Source of the DNA: Pseudomonadota bacterium
GTDB lineage: Bacteria; Pseudomonadota; Gammaproteobacteria; Burkholderiales; UBA9220
NCBI GenBank assembly: GCA_021845865.1
Contig: JAJZVC010000010.1
Location: 840 to 64,839 of the forward strand
Direction of reading: 5' to 3'
DNA: 64,000 bases
The notes beneath the pieces were generated by a model. The model searched no databases and was not told the origin of the DNA. It saw only the letters and a program-made list of their open reading frames with translations. The position numbers and the translations under genes were made by a program. This document shows, one piece after another, positions 1 to 9,039 of this stretch (positions are counted from its first letter, which is position 1; each line of letters opens with the position of its first letter).

Positions 1-8
1 CCGGCGGC

Positions 9-1394
9 TCACTCGAAGCTGTCGGCGTTGGCCTCGAGATTCTCGTGGAAACGCTGCCGCATATCCTCCTCGAAGAAGAACCGCGGCTCGCCGAAGGCGG
101 GTTTCAATTCGTCGAGCCAGGTAGCCTGGTCGTCGAACTCGGCGAAGAAGGGCCGGTGTACCCAGTCCGGATCGCGGCCCTGGAGGAAGCGCAGTTCGAA
201 CACTTGCTTGCCCATGACCTCGGTGGCGCCGAGGACGTGAATTTTCCCCGGGTTGGCGGACATGCTCGGCCCCCGCACGTTGCGGCACAGGCCGCTGACC
301 TGCTGGTAGGCCTGGCGGTAAATCCGCCACGCCTCCACCAGGGGGACGGCGAAGTATTGCTGGGCGCCGGTGTTGCGGGCGATGAACATGTAGTAGGGGA
401 TGCAGCCCAGGTCCACCTGGCGGTTCCACATCTCGGCCCACGCCGCCGGGTCGTCGTTGATGTGGCGCAGGAGGGGGGACTGGGTGCGGATCACCGCCCC
501 CGTTTCGCGGACGTTGCGGATCGCCTGGCGCACCACCTCCGGCTCCAGTTCCTTGGGGTGATTGAAGTGGGCCATCACCGCCAGGTGCTTGCCGGCCTCG
601 CCTACCTTGCGGAACAGGGCGAGGAGCTCCGCGCTGTCCTTGTCGGCGGTGAAGCGGTAAGGCCAGTAGGAAAGGGCCTTGGTCCCCAGGCGGATGCGGC
701 GCAAATTGGGCAGGTCGGCGCCGAGCAGGGGCTCGATGTAGCCGGCCAGGTTCCTCGCCGACATGATCAGGGGATCGCCGCCGGTGAACAGTACGTCGGT
801 GACTTCCGGGTGCTCCTTGAGGTAGGCCACCAGGGTATCGATTTCGCGGCTGGCGAACTTGAGGTCGGAAATGCCCACGAACTGCGGCCAGCGGAAGCAG
901 AAGGTGCAGTAGGCATGGCAGGTCTGGCCCTGGCTGGGGAAAAACAGCACCGTCTGGCGGTACTTGTGCTGCATGCCGTCGAGGGGCTCGCCGCGGAATA
1001 CCGGCACGTTGTGGTCGGCCTGGCCGGCGGGGTGGGGGTTGAGCGCCATGCGGATGCGGTTGGCCGCGGCGGCGACGACGGACGGGTCAGCGCCGTTTTT
1101 CAGCAGGCCGGCGATTTCATCGTAGTGCTCGGGACGCAGCATGTCGCGCTGGGGAAAGGTAAGAATGAACATCGGATCGTCGGGGGCACGGTCCCAGTCG
1201 ATCAGGTGGTCGACGACGAAGTTGTTGGCCTTGAACGGCAGCACGCGGCCAACAACTTCGATGTCGAATTTCTGCGCTTCCGTGAGCTTCGCCATTTGCG
1301 GAATGTCGCGGAAGTTGTGCAGCAGGTAGGATTTGTAGGGCCGATGGGTGGGAAAATCGGCGACCAGCAGTTTCTGGCGGGTTGTGCGCGTCAA
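9..1394 (-). CDS. KamA-family radical SAM protein (lysine 2,3-aminomutase-like)
   Basis: 461-aa ORF with radical-SAM CxxxCxxC motif (CHAYCTFCFRW) in KamA-like context; TTG start 1392-1394 lies 6 nt downstream of AAGGAGG. Confidence 0.85.
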   Translation of the reverse strand: MTRTTRQKLLVADFPTHRPYKSYLLHNFRDIPQMAKLTEAQKFDIEVVGRVLPFKANNFVVDHLIDWDRAPDDPMFILTFPQRDMLRPEHYDEIAGLLKNGADPSVVAAAANRIRMALNPHPAGQADHNVPVFRGEPLDGMQHKYRQTVLFFPSQGQTCHAYCTFCFRWPQFVGISDLKFASREIDTLVAYLKEHPEVTDVLFTGGDPLIMSARNLAGYIEPLLGADLPNLRRIRLGTKALSYWPYRFTADKDSAELLALFRKVGEAGKHLAVMAHFNHPKELEPEVVRQAIRNVRETGAVIRTQSPLLRHINDDPAAWAEMWNRQVDLGCIPYYMFIARNTGAQQYFAVPLVEAWRIYRQAYQQVSGLCRNVRGPSMSANPGKIHVLGATEVMGKQVFELRFLQGRDPDWVHRPFFAEFDDQATWLDELKPAFGEPRFFFEEDMRQRFHENLEANADSFE

Positions 1395-1600
1395 CCGGAA
1401 CCTCCTTTCTGTGTGCCCGCAATCACCGGGGAGAGGGGCAATCTGTTGATTTGTCTATGGTTGTCGAGGCCTCCTGGCGGAGGCATCAATAAATCCGATG
1501 GACGGGGGGCGGAGAAGTTCCCGGAGCGGGAGAGGCGAGGAGCTTCCCGCGCGGCGGAATGCCACGCGGGAAGGGGGATTGGGCGGAGGCGAAAAAAATC

Positions 1601-2506
1601 CTAGGGGGCGTCCTGTTCTTCCCCGCCCAGGGCTTCCACTAGGTCGGGCAGGAAACGGGCCAGTTCACCGGCCATGAGGGCGAAATCGGCGTCGAACTGT
1701 TCGTCGACCGTGGCGGCCTGGGATTCCGCCTCCTCCTTCAGGATGTCGAGGAAGGCCACCTGCTTCACTTGCAGCTGGTCGTTGAGGATGAAGGAGATGC
1801 GGTCGTTCCAGGTCAGGGCGAGGCGGGCGGCGAACTTGCCGTCGGCGATGTGGCGCCGGATTTCCTCGCCGTCGAGGGTGTGGCGGGTGTAGCGCACGGT
1901 GGATTTTTCCTCGCTGGGAGCCTGGAGGACGCAGTCCCGGTCGATGGTGAAGCCGGCGGGGGGCTCCCCGGCGGCGAGCCAGCCGGTCATGGCGGCGACG
2001 GGGGACTGGCGGGTCTTCAGCAGGGAGAGGGGGAGATCGTCCAGGCTGTCCCGCAGCAGGCTCAGCATTTCCTCCGCCCGGGCGCTGTTGGCGGCGTCCA
2101 CCACCAGCCAGCCGTGGAGGGGGTCGACCCAGGCGTGGACGGCGCGGCGGCGGCAGAAGGCCCGGGGCAGCAGCTCCGACATCACCTGCTCCTTCAGTTC
2201 GCGCAGCTGCTTGCGCCCGGGCCGGTAGCCCTGCTGGGCCTCGATGAAATCGGCCTTTTCCTGGGTCAGCTGGTTGACCACCGCGGCGGGGAGCAGCTTC
2301 TGCTCCACGCCCATGGCGATCAGCATCTGCCGGTTGAGGGAATGGACCAGGGCGTCGCCCTTGGCGGGCGGGACCCAGCCTCGGCTTTGCAGGTCCAGCC
2401 CGCCGCAGGGCTGGAGGGGGTGGCGGGCAAGCCGTTCTTCGATCTGGGCGGCGGTGACGCTCCAGCCGGCGGGGAGGCGATAGATTTGCAGGTTCTTGAA
2501 CCACAT
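1601..2506 (-). CDS. rdgC: Recombination-associated protein RdgC
   Basis: Last 301 codons of track ORF 1601..2878, starting MWFKNLQIYRL (typical RdgC N-terminus) at ATG 2504-2506; the upstream part of the ORF is Pro/Arg-rich shadow sequence. Confidence 0.9.
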   Translation of the reverse strand: MWFKNLQIYRLPAGWSVTAAQIEERLARHPLQPCGGLDLQSRGWVPPAKGDALVHSLNRQMLIAMGVEQKLLPAAVVNQLTQEKADFIEAQQGYRPGRKQLRELKEQVMSELLPRAFCRRRAVHAWVDPLHGWLVVDAANSARAEEMLSLLRDSLDDLPLSLLKTRQSPVAAMTGWLAAGEPPAGFTIDRDCVLQAPSEEKSTVRYTRHTLDGEEIRRHIADGKFAARLALTWNDRISFILNDQLQVKQVAFLDILKEEAESQAATVDEQFDADFALMAGELARFLPDLVEALGGEEQDAP

Positions 2507-2591
2507 GCGCGTAATTCCGACACAAAAGGCGCCATTGTACAGGCCGAAAGGGCCGGGGAGAAAAAGTCGGCCTCGGCGCGGCGCAGGCGGT

Positions 2592-3788
2592 TCAGGAACC
2601 GGGGATGACCATGTCCGACGTGCCGGGGCAGACCCAGCGCGGATATTCCCGCGAGGTGTCGATGCAGCCGCCGTCGGCGTAAACCCCCTTGGGGTCCCGG
2701 TAGCGGAGCATGGCATCGAGAATGGCCTCGGTTTCCGCCGGGTTGCGCAGGGAGGCCTGGACGCAGGCATCCACCACGTCTTCGTCGATTTGCAGTTCGC
2801 CGGCGGCGTCATGGTAGGCGCCGTGGCGCCAGTGGAAGATTTCCAGGCATTTCGCCGCCAGGGTATAGGGCTGGTCATGCTTCCAGAAATTGGTGAACAG
2901 GCCGCCGCCGAGGTAGAACACCCAGGAGCCCTCGTAGCCCGTCACGTCGGAGGAGTGCTCGTCGGGGTTGCGAAACCAGAGGCGGTCGCCGGGGACGTAA
3001 TATTTCGGCGGCAGGGGGGCTTCCATGGAACCGTATTCCCGCAGGAAGACGTCGTGAAACTGGCCCGACATGATGGCCCGGGTTTCCCATTGCCGTTGCA
3101 GGCGGTGGTACAGCTCGGGGTTGTGGGTGCTCAGTTCCTGGGCGACGGCGAGGAGGATAACGTACTCGGTGGCCCGGTAGCAGGAGAAGGAGTAGAGCTT
3201 GCCCGATGCCTCGGGCTGGGTCGCCTTCTGCAATGCCGCGAGGAGGGATTTCCCCGGCAGCACGGTGAAGCCCCGCTCCTCGTCGTAGGTCCAGTAGCCG
3301 GCCGGGCGCTCCGCCTCGCTGGTGTGGAAAGCCAGGGCTGTCCGGCGAGCGGCTTCGACGATGTTGCGCCGAACCCGGATGGCGGCCTGAAGCTCGGCGA
3401 AGCTGGGGAATTCGAAGGGCACCGGCCCCAGCAGCAGGGCCAGGAGGATTTCCCGCTCCAGGTCGTCGATTCGTTCCCGGGGGGAAAGGCCGAACTGCTC
3501 GCACAGGCCGGTGGTGTCGAAGCCGGGGGCCCACTGCCCGGCGTCCAGGCTGAGGCGGAGCAAGCCTGAGTGGCTGCTGGCGACGACGCTCACGCCGAGC
3601 CCCTCCAGCTGGGCCTGGAGATAACTCCGCGCGGCCTCGGCGCCGTGGGTCAGGGAACGGTGAAGCAGGATGCCGCCACCGTCGTGGGCGGCCTCGCTGC
3701 GCGTGCCGTCAAGGGGCTGAAACCAGGGCCCGGAAGAACCGGGAAAGGCGCTGGCGCGGGAAGCGGAAAACGGCACGGGCTCCTCCAA
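2592..3788 (-). CDS. Hypothetical protein with Bacillus Tgl-type transglutaminase-like core
   Basis: 398-aa ORF (TTG start without clear SD, start uncertain). Blocks FEFPSFAELQAAIRVRRNIVEAAR, LYSFSCYRATEYVILLAV and GDRLWFRNPDEH match, from memory, B. subtilis Tgl blocks FDYHSIAELMFELKLRMNIVAAAK, FYAFECATAIVIIYYLAL (catalytic Cys) and GDCLYFKNPEFD. Confidence 0.6.
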   Translation of the reverse strand: MEEPVPFSASRASAFPGSSGPWFQPLDGTRSEAAHDGGGILLHRSLTHGAEAARSYLQAQLEGLGVSVVASSHSGLLRLSLDAGQWAPGFDTTGLCEQFGLSPRERIDDLEREILLALLLGPVPFEFPSFAELQAAIRVRRNIVEAARRTALAFHTSEAERPAGYWTYDEERGFTVLPGKSLLAALQKATQPEASGKLYSFSCYRATEYVILLAVAQELSTHNPELYHRLQRQWETRAIMSGQFHDVFLREYGSMEAPLPPKYYVPGDRLWFRNPDEHSSDVTGYEGSWVFYLGGGLFTNFWKHDQPYTLAAKCLEIFHWRHGAYHDAAGELQIDEDVVDACVQASLRNPAETEAILDAMLRYRDPKGVYADGGCIDTSREYPRWVCPGTSDMVIPGS

Positions 3789-4002
3789 GGAGACTCAAGG
3801 AGGCCAACCATATCACGGACGTGCTTACATTTTTCTGACATGGGGCGTCACGGATTGGCTGGATGCGTGGGAAGAGGGTTGAGCGCTGTTTGGGAGAACG
3901 GTTGGAGGGCGCCGCCCCTTGTTAATGCGGTTCGCGGAGGGCTGTTTTCAAGGCGCGGGGCACCGGCACGGCCGTCCAGCGCGGCCATGAAAGCCACGGG
4001 CC

Positions 4003-4248
4003 CTAGGGGGCGACGATGAAAAGCGCGGCCAGCGGGGCCACATTGAGAAGCAGGACGCCCACTTTGTAGAGCGCCATGCCCCCGTAGTGGATTGCGTCGA
4101 ACGTTTCGACCGACACTTTGAACCAACGAGCGTGCAGCCGATATATCGGGTCATGGGCGACGTAGAAGGCGCCAAACCAGAGACAGAGAATCCCGTAGTT
4201 GACGCCGATGCTCCAAAGCAGGATTTCTTTGATTTCAGGGGCGGACAT
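4003..4248 (-). CDS. Small conserved membrane protein, function unknown
   Basis: 81 codons from ATG 4246-4248 (GGAGG 7 nt upstream): MSAPEIKEILLWSIGVNYGILCLWFGAF...; hydrophobic N- and C-terminal segments. Confidence 0.6.
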   Translation of the reverse strand: MSAPEIKEILLWSIGVNYGILCLWFGAFYVAHDPIYRLHARWFKVSVETFDAIHYGGMALYKVGVLLLNVAPLAALFIVAP

Positions 4249-4446
4249 GACAGGCCTCCAAGGCAAGAATTAAACGGATCAACCCTTATCCCTGTTGATT
4301 TAAGCACGTTATTGCCATCCCGGGACGATTCTTGGAATTGCCGCTTCCGGCCCTTTGGGGCGGTACAAAGGGTCGGGCGTGAAGACGCGTCCGCGCTTCC
4401 TCCTTACTGGGGAGGGCGTTAAAGGGAGACGGCGCCCCCAAGGCGG

Positions 4447-4480
4447 GAAAAAGAAAAAGCCCAGCATGAGGCTGGGCTTC
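4447..4480 (-). terminator. Rho-independent terminator downstream of sodB
   Basis: Minus-strand RNA AGCCCAGC-CUCAU-GCUGGGCU (plus 4458-4478) followed by a U-rich run (plus-strand A-run 4447-4457), about 20 nt after the sodB stop. Confidence 0.75.
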
Positions 4481-4501
4481 TTGAGGTTTGCCGCGCGGGG
4501 T

Positions 4502-5089
4502 CTAGGCGGCGAAGTTCTTGGCCGCGAAGTCCCAGTTGGCCAGGCTGGCGAGGAAGGTCTCGACGAACTTGGGGCGCAGGTTGCGGTAGTCGATGTAGTA
4601 GGCGTGCTCCCACACGTCGATGGTGAGCAGGGCCTTGTCGCCGGTGGTCAGGGGAGTGCCGGCGGCGCCCATGTTGACGATGTCCACGGAACCGTCGGCC
4701 TTCTTCACCAGCCAGGTCCAGCCGGAGCCGAAGTTGCCCACGGCGGAGGCCTGGAAGGCCTTCTTGAATTCGTCGAAGGAACCCCATTTGGCCTTGATGG
4801 CGTCGGCCAGGGCGCCGCTGGGCTCGCCGCCGCCATTGGGCTTGAGGCAGTTCCAGAAGAAGGTGTGGTTCCACACCTGGGCGGCGTTGTTGTAGACGCC
4901 GCCGGCGGGGGCCTTCTTGACGATGTCCTCGAGGGCCATGTTCTCGAACTCGGTGCCCTTGATGAGGTTGTTCAGGTTGGTGACGTAGGCCTGGTGGTGC
5001 TTGTCGTGGTGGTACTCCAGGGTCTCGGCGGACATGTGGGGGGCCAGGGCGTCCTTGGCAAAGGGCAGGTCGGGCAGTTTGTGTTCCAT
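4502..5089 (-). CDS. sodB: Fe superoxide dismutase
   Basis: 195 aa, [32 protein letters not shown]...[13 protein letters not shown], unmistakable Fe/Mn-SOD with Fe-type features. Confidence 0.95.
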   Translation of the reverse strand: MEHKLPDLPFAKDALAPHMSAETLEYHHDKHHQAYVTNLNNLIKGTEFENMALEDIVKKAPAGGVYNNAAQVWNHTFFWNCLKPNGGGEPSGALADAIKAKWGSFDEFKKAFQASAVGNFGSGWTWLVKKADGSVDIVNMGAAGTPLTTGDKALLTIDVWEHAYYIDYRNLRPKFVETFLASLANWDFAAKNFAA

Positions 5090-5410
5090 GCTTGTTCTCC
5101 AGAGGGTTGTGAAGGCGGCAGAGGGCGCGCCGGATTTGGAATTAAACTCGATCTAATTTATAGAACCTGACTGATTTTGTCCACATTGTACTGGCTTGCC
5201 TCGCAAAATACCATGCCATGCCGCTTGGCGGTCAGGCAGGTACGGCAACGAAAGCTAACACAGATATAGCGCCTCCCCCTTGTCGTTTCAAGGGGCGGCG
5301 GGTTGCGCGGGGGAGGGGTTGGGGTACAATAGCCAACTTTTCTCTTTATATAACAGTCCGATAATCAAGGTTTTTGGTCAACTTCTACAGGCAGAGGGGA
5401 TTGTCTAATC

Positions 5411-6523
5411 ATGACGGGCTTGGCGACGACTTCCGGGGTGTTGAAAACGATGAACGGCACGCCGCAATTGCCGATTTCCTGGTACTTCGATCCAAAGGTT
5501 TACGAACTGGAGATGAAACTCCTCTTCGATGACGGGCCGGGTTATGTGGGCCACGAGCTGCTGACGCCCAATCCCGGCGATTATTTCGTTCCCGAGTGGC
5601 TGGATAATGCCAAGGCCCTGGTGCGCAACCCGAAAGGGGTGGAGATGGTGAGCAACGTCTGCCGCCACCGCCAGGCCATCATGCTCAAGGGCAGCGGCAA
5701 CACGCCCAACATCGTGTGCCCCTTGCACCGCTGGACCTACGACCTGTCCGGCAAGCTGATGGGGGCGCCCCATTTTTCCGCCGATCCCTGCCTGAACCTG
5801 CAGCGCACGCCGCTGCAGAACTGGAAGGGGCTGCTGTTCTCCGGCCGTCGCGACGTGGCGGCGGACCTGGCGAAATTCGGCCTCGCCAACGACATCGACT
5901 TCGCCGGCTACAAGCTGGACCGGGTGCAGATCGACGAGTACCCCATCAATTGGAAGTGTTTCATCGAGGTCTACCTGGAGGACTACCACGTGGTGCCCTT
6001 CCACCCCGGCCTGGGTCAGTGCGTGGACTGCGACGAGCTGCAGTGGGAGTTCGGCGACTGGTACAGCGTGCAGACGGTGGGCGTGAACAACGGCCTCAAG
6101 ACCGCCGGTTCGCCGGTCTATGGCCGCTGGCAGGAACAGATACTCAAGTATAACCAGGGCAAGCTGCCGAAATACGGCGCCGTGTGGCTAACCTACTTCC
6201 CCAACGTGATGGTGGAGATTTATCCCAACACCCTGGTGGTGTCCACCATCATCCCCCGGGGCATCGACCGCTGCACCAACGTGGTGGAATTCTACTATCC
6301 CGAGGACATCGTCCTGTTCGAGCGGGAATACGTGGAGGCCGAGCAGGCCGCCTACAACGAGACCGCCATCGAGGACCGGGACATCTGCGAGCGCATGCAG
6401 GAAGGCCGCGCCGCGCTGTGGGCCCAGGGCCTCAGCGAAGTGGGGCCCTACCAGGAGCCCACCGAGATCGGCATGGAGCACTTCCACCGTTTCCTGCGGC
6501 GGCAGATCGGCGCACATCTGTGA
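5411..6523 (+). CDS. Rieske [2Fe-2S] oxygenase, ring-hydroxylating alpha-subunit-like
   Basis: 370 aa; Rieske motif CRHR...CPLHRW followed by a catalytic-domain-sized C-terminus. Confidence 0.85.
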   Translation: MTGLATTSGVLKTMNGTPQLPISWYFDPKVYELEMKLLFDDGPGYVGHELLTPNPGDYFVPEWLDNAKALVRNPKGVEMVSNVCRHRQAIMLKGSGNTPNIVCPLHRWTYDLSGKLMGAPHFSADPCLNLQRTPLQNWKGLLFSGRRDVAADLAKFGLANDIDFAGYKLDRVQIDEYPINWKCFIEVYLEDYHVVPFHPGLGQCVDCDELQWEFGDWYSVQTVGVNNGLKTAGSPVYGRWQEQILKYNQGKLPKYGAVWLTYFPNVMVEIYPNTLVVSTIIPRGIDRCTNVVEFYYPEDIVLFEREYVEAEQAAYNETAIEDRDICERMQEGRAALWAQGLSEVGPYQEPTEIGMEHFHRFLRRQIGAHL

Positions 6524-6524
6524 A

Positions 6525-6586
6525 AGGATAAGGATGAAGGATGAAGGATGAAGGATGAAGGATGAAGGATGAAGGATGAAGGAAAG
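6525..6586 (+). repeat. Heptanucleotide tandem array (AGGATGA)x7 perfect plus degenerate flanking units
   Basis: Perfect units at 6531-6579; degenerate AGGAT-A (6525-6530) and AGGAAAG (6580-6586); starts 2 nt after the Rieske gene stop codon (6521-6523). Confidence 0.95.
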
Positions 6587-6607
6587 GTCCCGGGGCAGCG
6601 CCGTTTT

Positions 6608-6635
6608 TCATCCTTCATCCTTATGTCTTCATCCT
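6608..6635 (+). repeat. Three inverted copies of the heptamer (TCATCCT) spanning the transporter ATG
   Basis: TCATCCT at 6608-6614, 6615-6621 and 6629-6635 are reverse complements of AGGATGA; ATG 6623-6625 lies between copies 2 and 3. Confidence 0.9.
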
Positions 6636-7495
6636 TGCCCTTCAAGGGTGCCCTGTGGATGGTGGTGGCGGGGCTGCTGTTCAGCCTGATGGGGGTTTTC
6701 GTCAAGCTGGGGGCCCAGCGGTTCTCCACCGCCGAACTGGTGTTTTACCGTTCCCTTTTCGGCCTCGTCGCCATTTTCGCCATTGCCCGCCTGCGGGGCG
6801 GCCGGTTGAGCACGCGCCACTGGCGTCCTCATCTGTGGCGGGGCCTGTCGGGGTTCACGGCCCTGATGCTGTTTTTTTACGGCCTCAGCCACCTTCCCCT
6901 GGGGACGGCGATGACGCTGAATTACACTTCCCCCCTGTTCCTCGCCTTCCTGACCGTGCTGGTCCTTGGCGAGCGGCCTCGCTGGCCCTTGGTGGCGGCC
7001 ATTCTCGCCGGCTTCGCCGGCGTCGCCCTGTTGCTGCAGCCCAGCTTCGAGCGGGGGCAGCTGCATGCCGGCCTGATGGGCCTGGCGTCGGGCTTTTTCG
7101 CCGCCATCGCCTATCTCAACGTGAAGAACCTGGGCAAAATCGGCGAGCCTTCCTACCGGGTGGTGTTCTACTTCACGCTGATTTCTTCCGTCGGCGGCGG
7201 GGGGTGGATGGTGCTGCACGAATTCCATCCGGTCGACTGGGGGAGCGCGGGCCTGCTGGTGGTCCTGGGGGCAACCGCCACCCTGGCGCAGCTGGCCATG
7301 ACCCAGGCCTATGCCGAGGGAGAGACCTTGACCGTGGGGAGCCTGGCCTATGGCACGGTCGTGTTCTCGGCCCTTCTCGGCATGCTGGTCTGGGGCGAAA
7401 TGCCTCGGCCGGCAAGCTGGCTGGGGATGGGGGTGGTCATCGCCGCCGGCATCATCGGCGTCCGCTTCGCGTCTCCTCCCGCGTCCCGGGCCTGA
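6623..7495 (+). CDS. EamA/DMT-family transporter
   Basis: Ten-TM-like hydrophobic protein with two EamA-like halves (LPFKGALWMVVAGLLFSLMG...); start ambiguous between ATG 6623 (no SD) and in-frame ATG 6569 inside the heptamer array (SD-like GAAGGA upstream). Confidence 0.8.
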   Translation: MSSSLPFKGALWMVVAGLLFSLMGVFVKLGAQRFSTAELVFYRSLFGLVAIFAIARLRGGRLSTRHWRPHLWRGLSGFTALMLFFYGLSHLPLGTAMTLNYTSPLFLAFLTVLVLGERPRWPLVAAILAGFAGVALLLQPSFERGQLHAGLMGLASGFFAAIAYLNVKNLGKIGEPSYRVVFYFTLISSVGGGGWMVLHEFHPVDWGSAGLLVVLGATATLAQLAMTQAYAEGETLTVGSLAYGTVVFSALLGMLVWGEMPRPASWLGMGVVIAAGIIGVRFASPPASRA

Positions 7496-7570
7496 GCGGG
7501 CGTTTGCCGCCCGGAATGAAGTCGCCTATAGTATTTCCCGCCGCCACGCATTTTTTTGAGGAACAGAGCA

Positions 7571-7918
7571 ATGATTACCGTAGAACACAAGAACGACCTG
7601 ATGATCGCCGCCGCATTCGGCGAATTCACCCTGGCGGATTACAAGGAATTCGAACAGGCGGTGCTCGGCCTGCCCAAGGACGGGCGCAAGCCGAATCTGC
7701 TCGTCGATCTCAGCGACATGGCGGGGTTCACCCTCGACGTGGCCTGGGAAGAAATCAAGTTCGGCCACGAGCACGGCAACGATTTCGGCCGGGTGGCCGT
7801 GGTGACCGGCAGCCGCTGGCTGGCGTGGGCGGCGTGGCTGTCCAGGGCTTTCGTGGACAGCGAAATCCAGGTGTTCGAAGACGTCAATCTGGCCGAGGAT
7901 TGGGCCGCGCCTTACTGA
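7571..7918 (+). CDS. STAS/SpoIIAA-like domain protein
   Basis: 115 aa from ATG 7571: MITVEHKNDLMIAAAFGEFTLADYKEFEQAV...GRVAVVTGSRWLAWAAW, pattern of the small STAS/SEC14-like family. Confidence 0.65.
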   Translation: MITVEHKNDLMIAAAFGEFTLADYKEFEQAVLGLPKDGRKPNLLVDLSDMAGFTLDVAWEEIKFGHEHGNDFGRVAVVTGSRWLAWAAWLSRAFVDSEIQVFEDVNLAEDWAAPY

Positions 7919-8101
7919 GTTTGCCCAGGGGTTGAGCCCGGTCCGCGCTGCTGGTCGTGGGGCGTGCTCCCAAGCCCTGTTTGTTGGTGTACGATATGAC
8001 GACATAGCGGTTGCAAGAAATAAATAAAACGCCATCCATAAGGCGGACAAAAACATCTGCAAGCTGGAGGTTGATGGAATGTCTGACAAGGGCCAAGGAA
8101 A

Positions 8102-8779
8102 ATGACCAGTCGAGCCCCGGAGGATGCGATCAAGATCATGATCGTGGACGATCATCCCATCGTCCGCCAGGGGATCGCGCTGCTGTTCGATTCACAGGAT
8201 GACATGCGCGCCGCCTGCGAGGCGGGGTCCGGCGAAGAGGCCCTGGCGAATCTGGCCCGCAGCGACGGCGCCTGCGCCGACCTGATGGTGGTGGACCTGT
8301 CCCTCGAGGGCATGTCCGGCCTGGATTTGATCAAGGCGGTTCGTTTGCGGTTTCCCGAGATGCCCATGCTCGTCATGTCCATGCACGACGAATCCCTCTA
8401 CGCCGAGCGGGCGTTGCGCGCCGGAGCCCGGGGCTACATCATGAAGCAGGAGGCGACGGAAAAAATCCTCACCGCCGTGCGCCAGATATTGCGGGGCGGG
8501 ATTTACGTCAGCGACAAGATGCAGACCCGCATGCTGCAGCGCCTGGTGGACAACCGGGGGGAGCAGGCGGAGACGCCCCTGTCCGCCCTTTCCGACCGGG
8601 AACTGGAAGTGCTGCGCCTGATTGGCCGCGGCCTGTCCACGGGGGAAATCGCCCGCGACCTCCATCGCAGCGTCAAGACCGTGGAGGCCCACCGGGCCAA
8701 CATCAAGGAAAAGCTGAACCTCAAGAACGCCGCCGAACTGGTGCGGTACGCCATCCAGTGGGTGGAGCAGGGCGAGTAG
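8102..8779 (+). CDS. NarL/FixJ (LuxR)-family response regulator
   Basis: Receiver domain (IMIVDDHPIVRQG...DLMVVDLSL...) plus LuxR HTH (LSDRELEVLRLIGRGLSTGEIARDLHRSVKTVEAHRANI); no cognate kinase adjacent. Confidence 0.9.
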   Translation: MTSRAPEDAIKIMIVDDHPIVRQGIALLFDSQDDMRAACEAGSGEEALANLARSDGACADLMVVDLSLEGMSGLDLIKAVRLRFPEMPMLVMSMHDESLYAERALRAGARGYIMKQEATEKILTAVRQILRGGIYVSDKMQTRMLQRLVDNRGEQAETPLSALSDRELEVLRLIGRGLSTGEIARDLHRSVKTVEAHRANIKEKLNLKNAAELVRYAIQWVEQGE

Positions 8780-8975
8780 CCGAGGAATGAATTCGTCATA
8801 TTTCTAGGGGGAACCCCTAGGCGCTGTTTGGGCGTTCGCCTAGGCGGCTTTCGGCGTTCCGCCGATCCTTTTTCTTTTTCCGTTCTGATTTAATTGGAAT
8901 CGTGGGGGTCCCCGAATTGAGCTGATCGGGTCGCTGCTCCCCCACGCAGATTTCCATCCTCCAAAAGTGGAACTT

Positions 8976-9001
8976 GGGCGCCTCGTGCGCCCGCTTTTTT
9001 T
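8976..9001 (+). terminator. Rho-independent terminator
   Basis: GGGCGC-CTCGT-GCGCCC stem-loop (8976-8992) followed by GC and seven T (8995-9001); about 200 nt after the response-regulator stop. Confidence 0.7.
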
Positions 9002-9039
9002 ACGGCGATTTGTCCGAGGGGTCGAACGAAAGGGCAAAT

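Noticed and set aside
5090-5410. The long (321-nt) sodB/Rieske divergent intergenic region, with nested GC stems (CCCCTTG-TCGTTT-CAAGGGG around 5275-5295) and a TACAAT box, as a regulatory RNA.
   Set aside because: The stems have no following U-run and I recognise no conserved motif. Most likely it is just two divergent promoters. There is too little evidence to call a feature.
6524-6636. The heptamer array as a CRISPR array, or as a classical frame-switching phase-variation tract.
   Set aside because: The units are contiguous 7-mers with no spacers, so it is not a CRISPR array. Adding or removing upstream units does not change the frame of the last ATGs relative to the transporter ORF, so simple on/off frameshifting of the coding sequence is not expected. 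Any effect would act through RNA structure, spacing or initiation.
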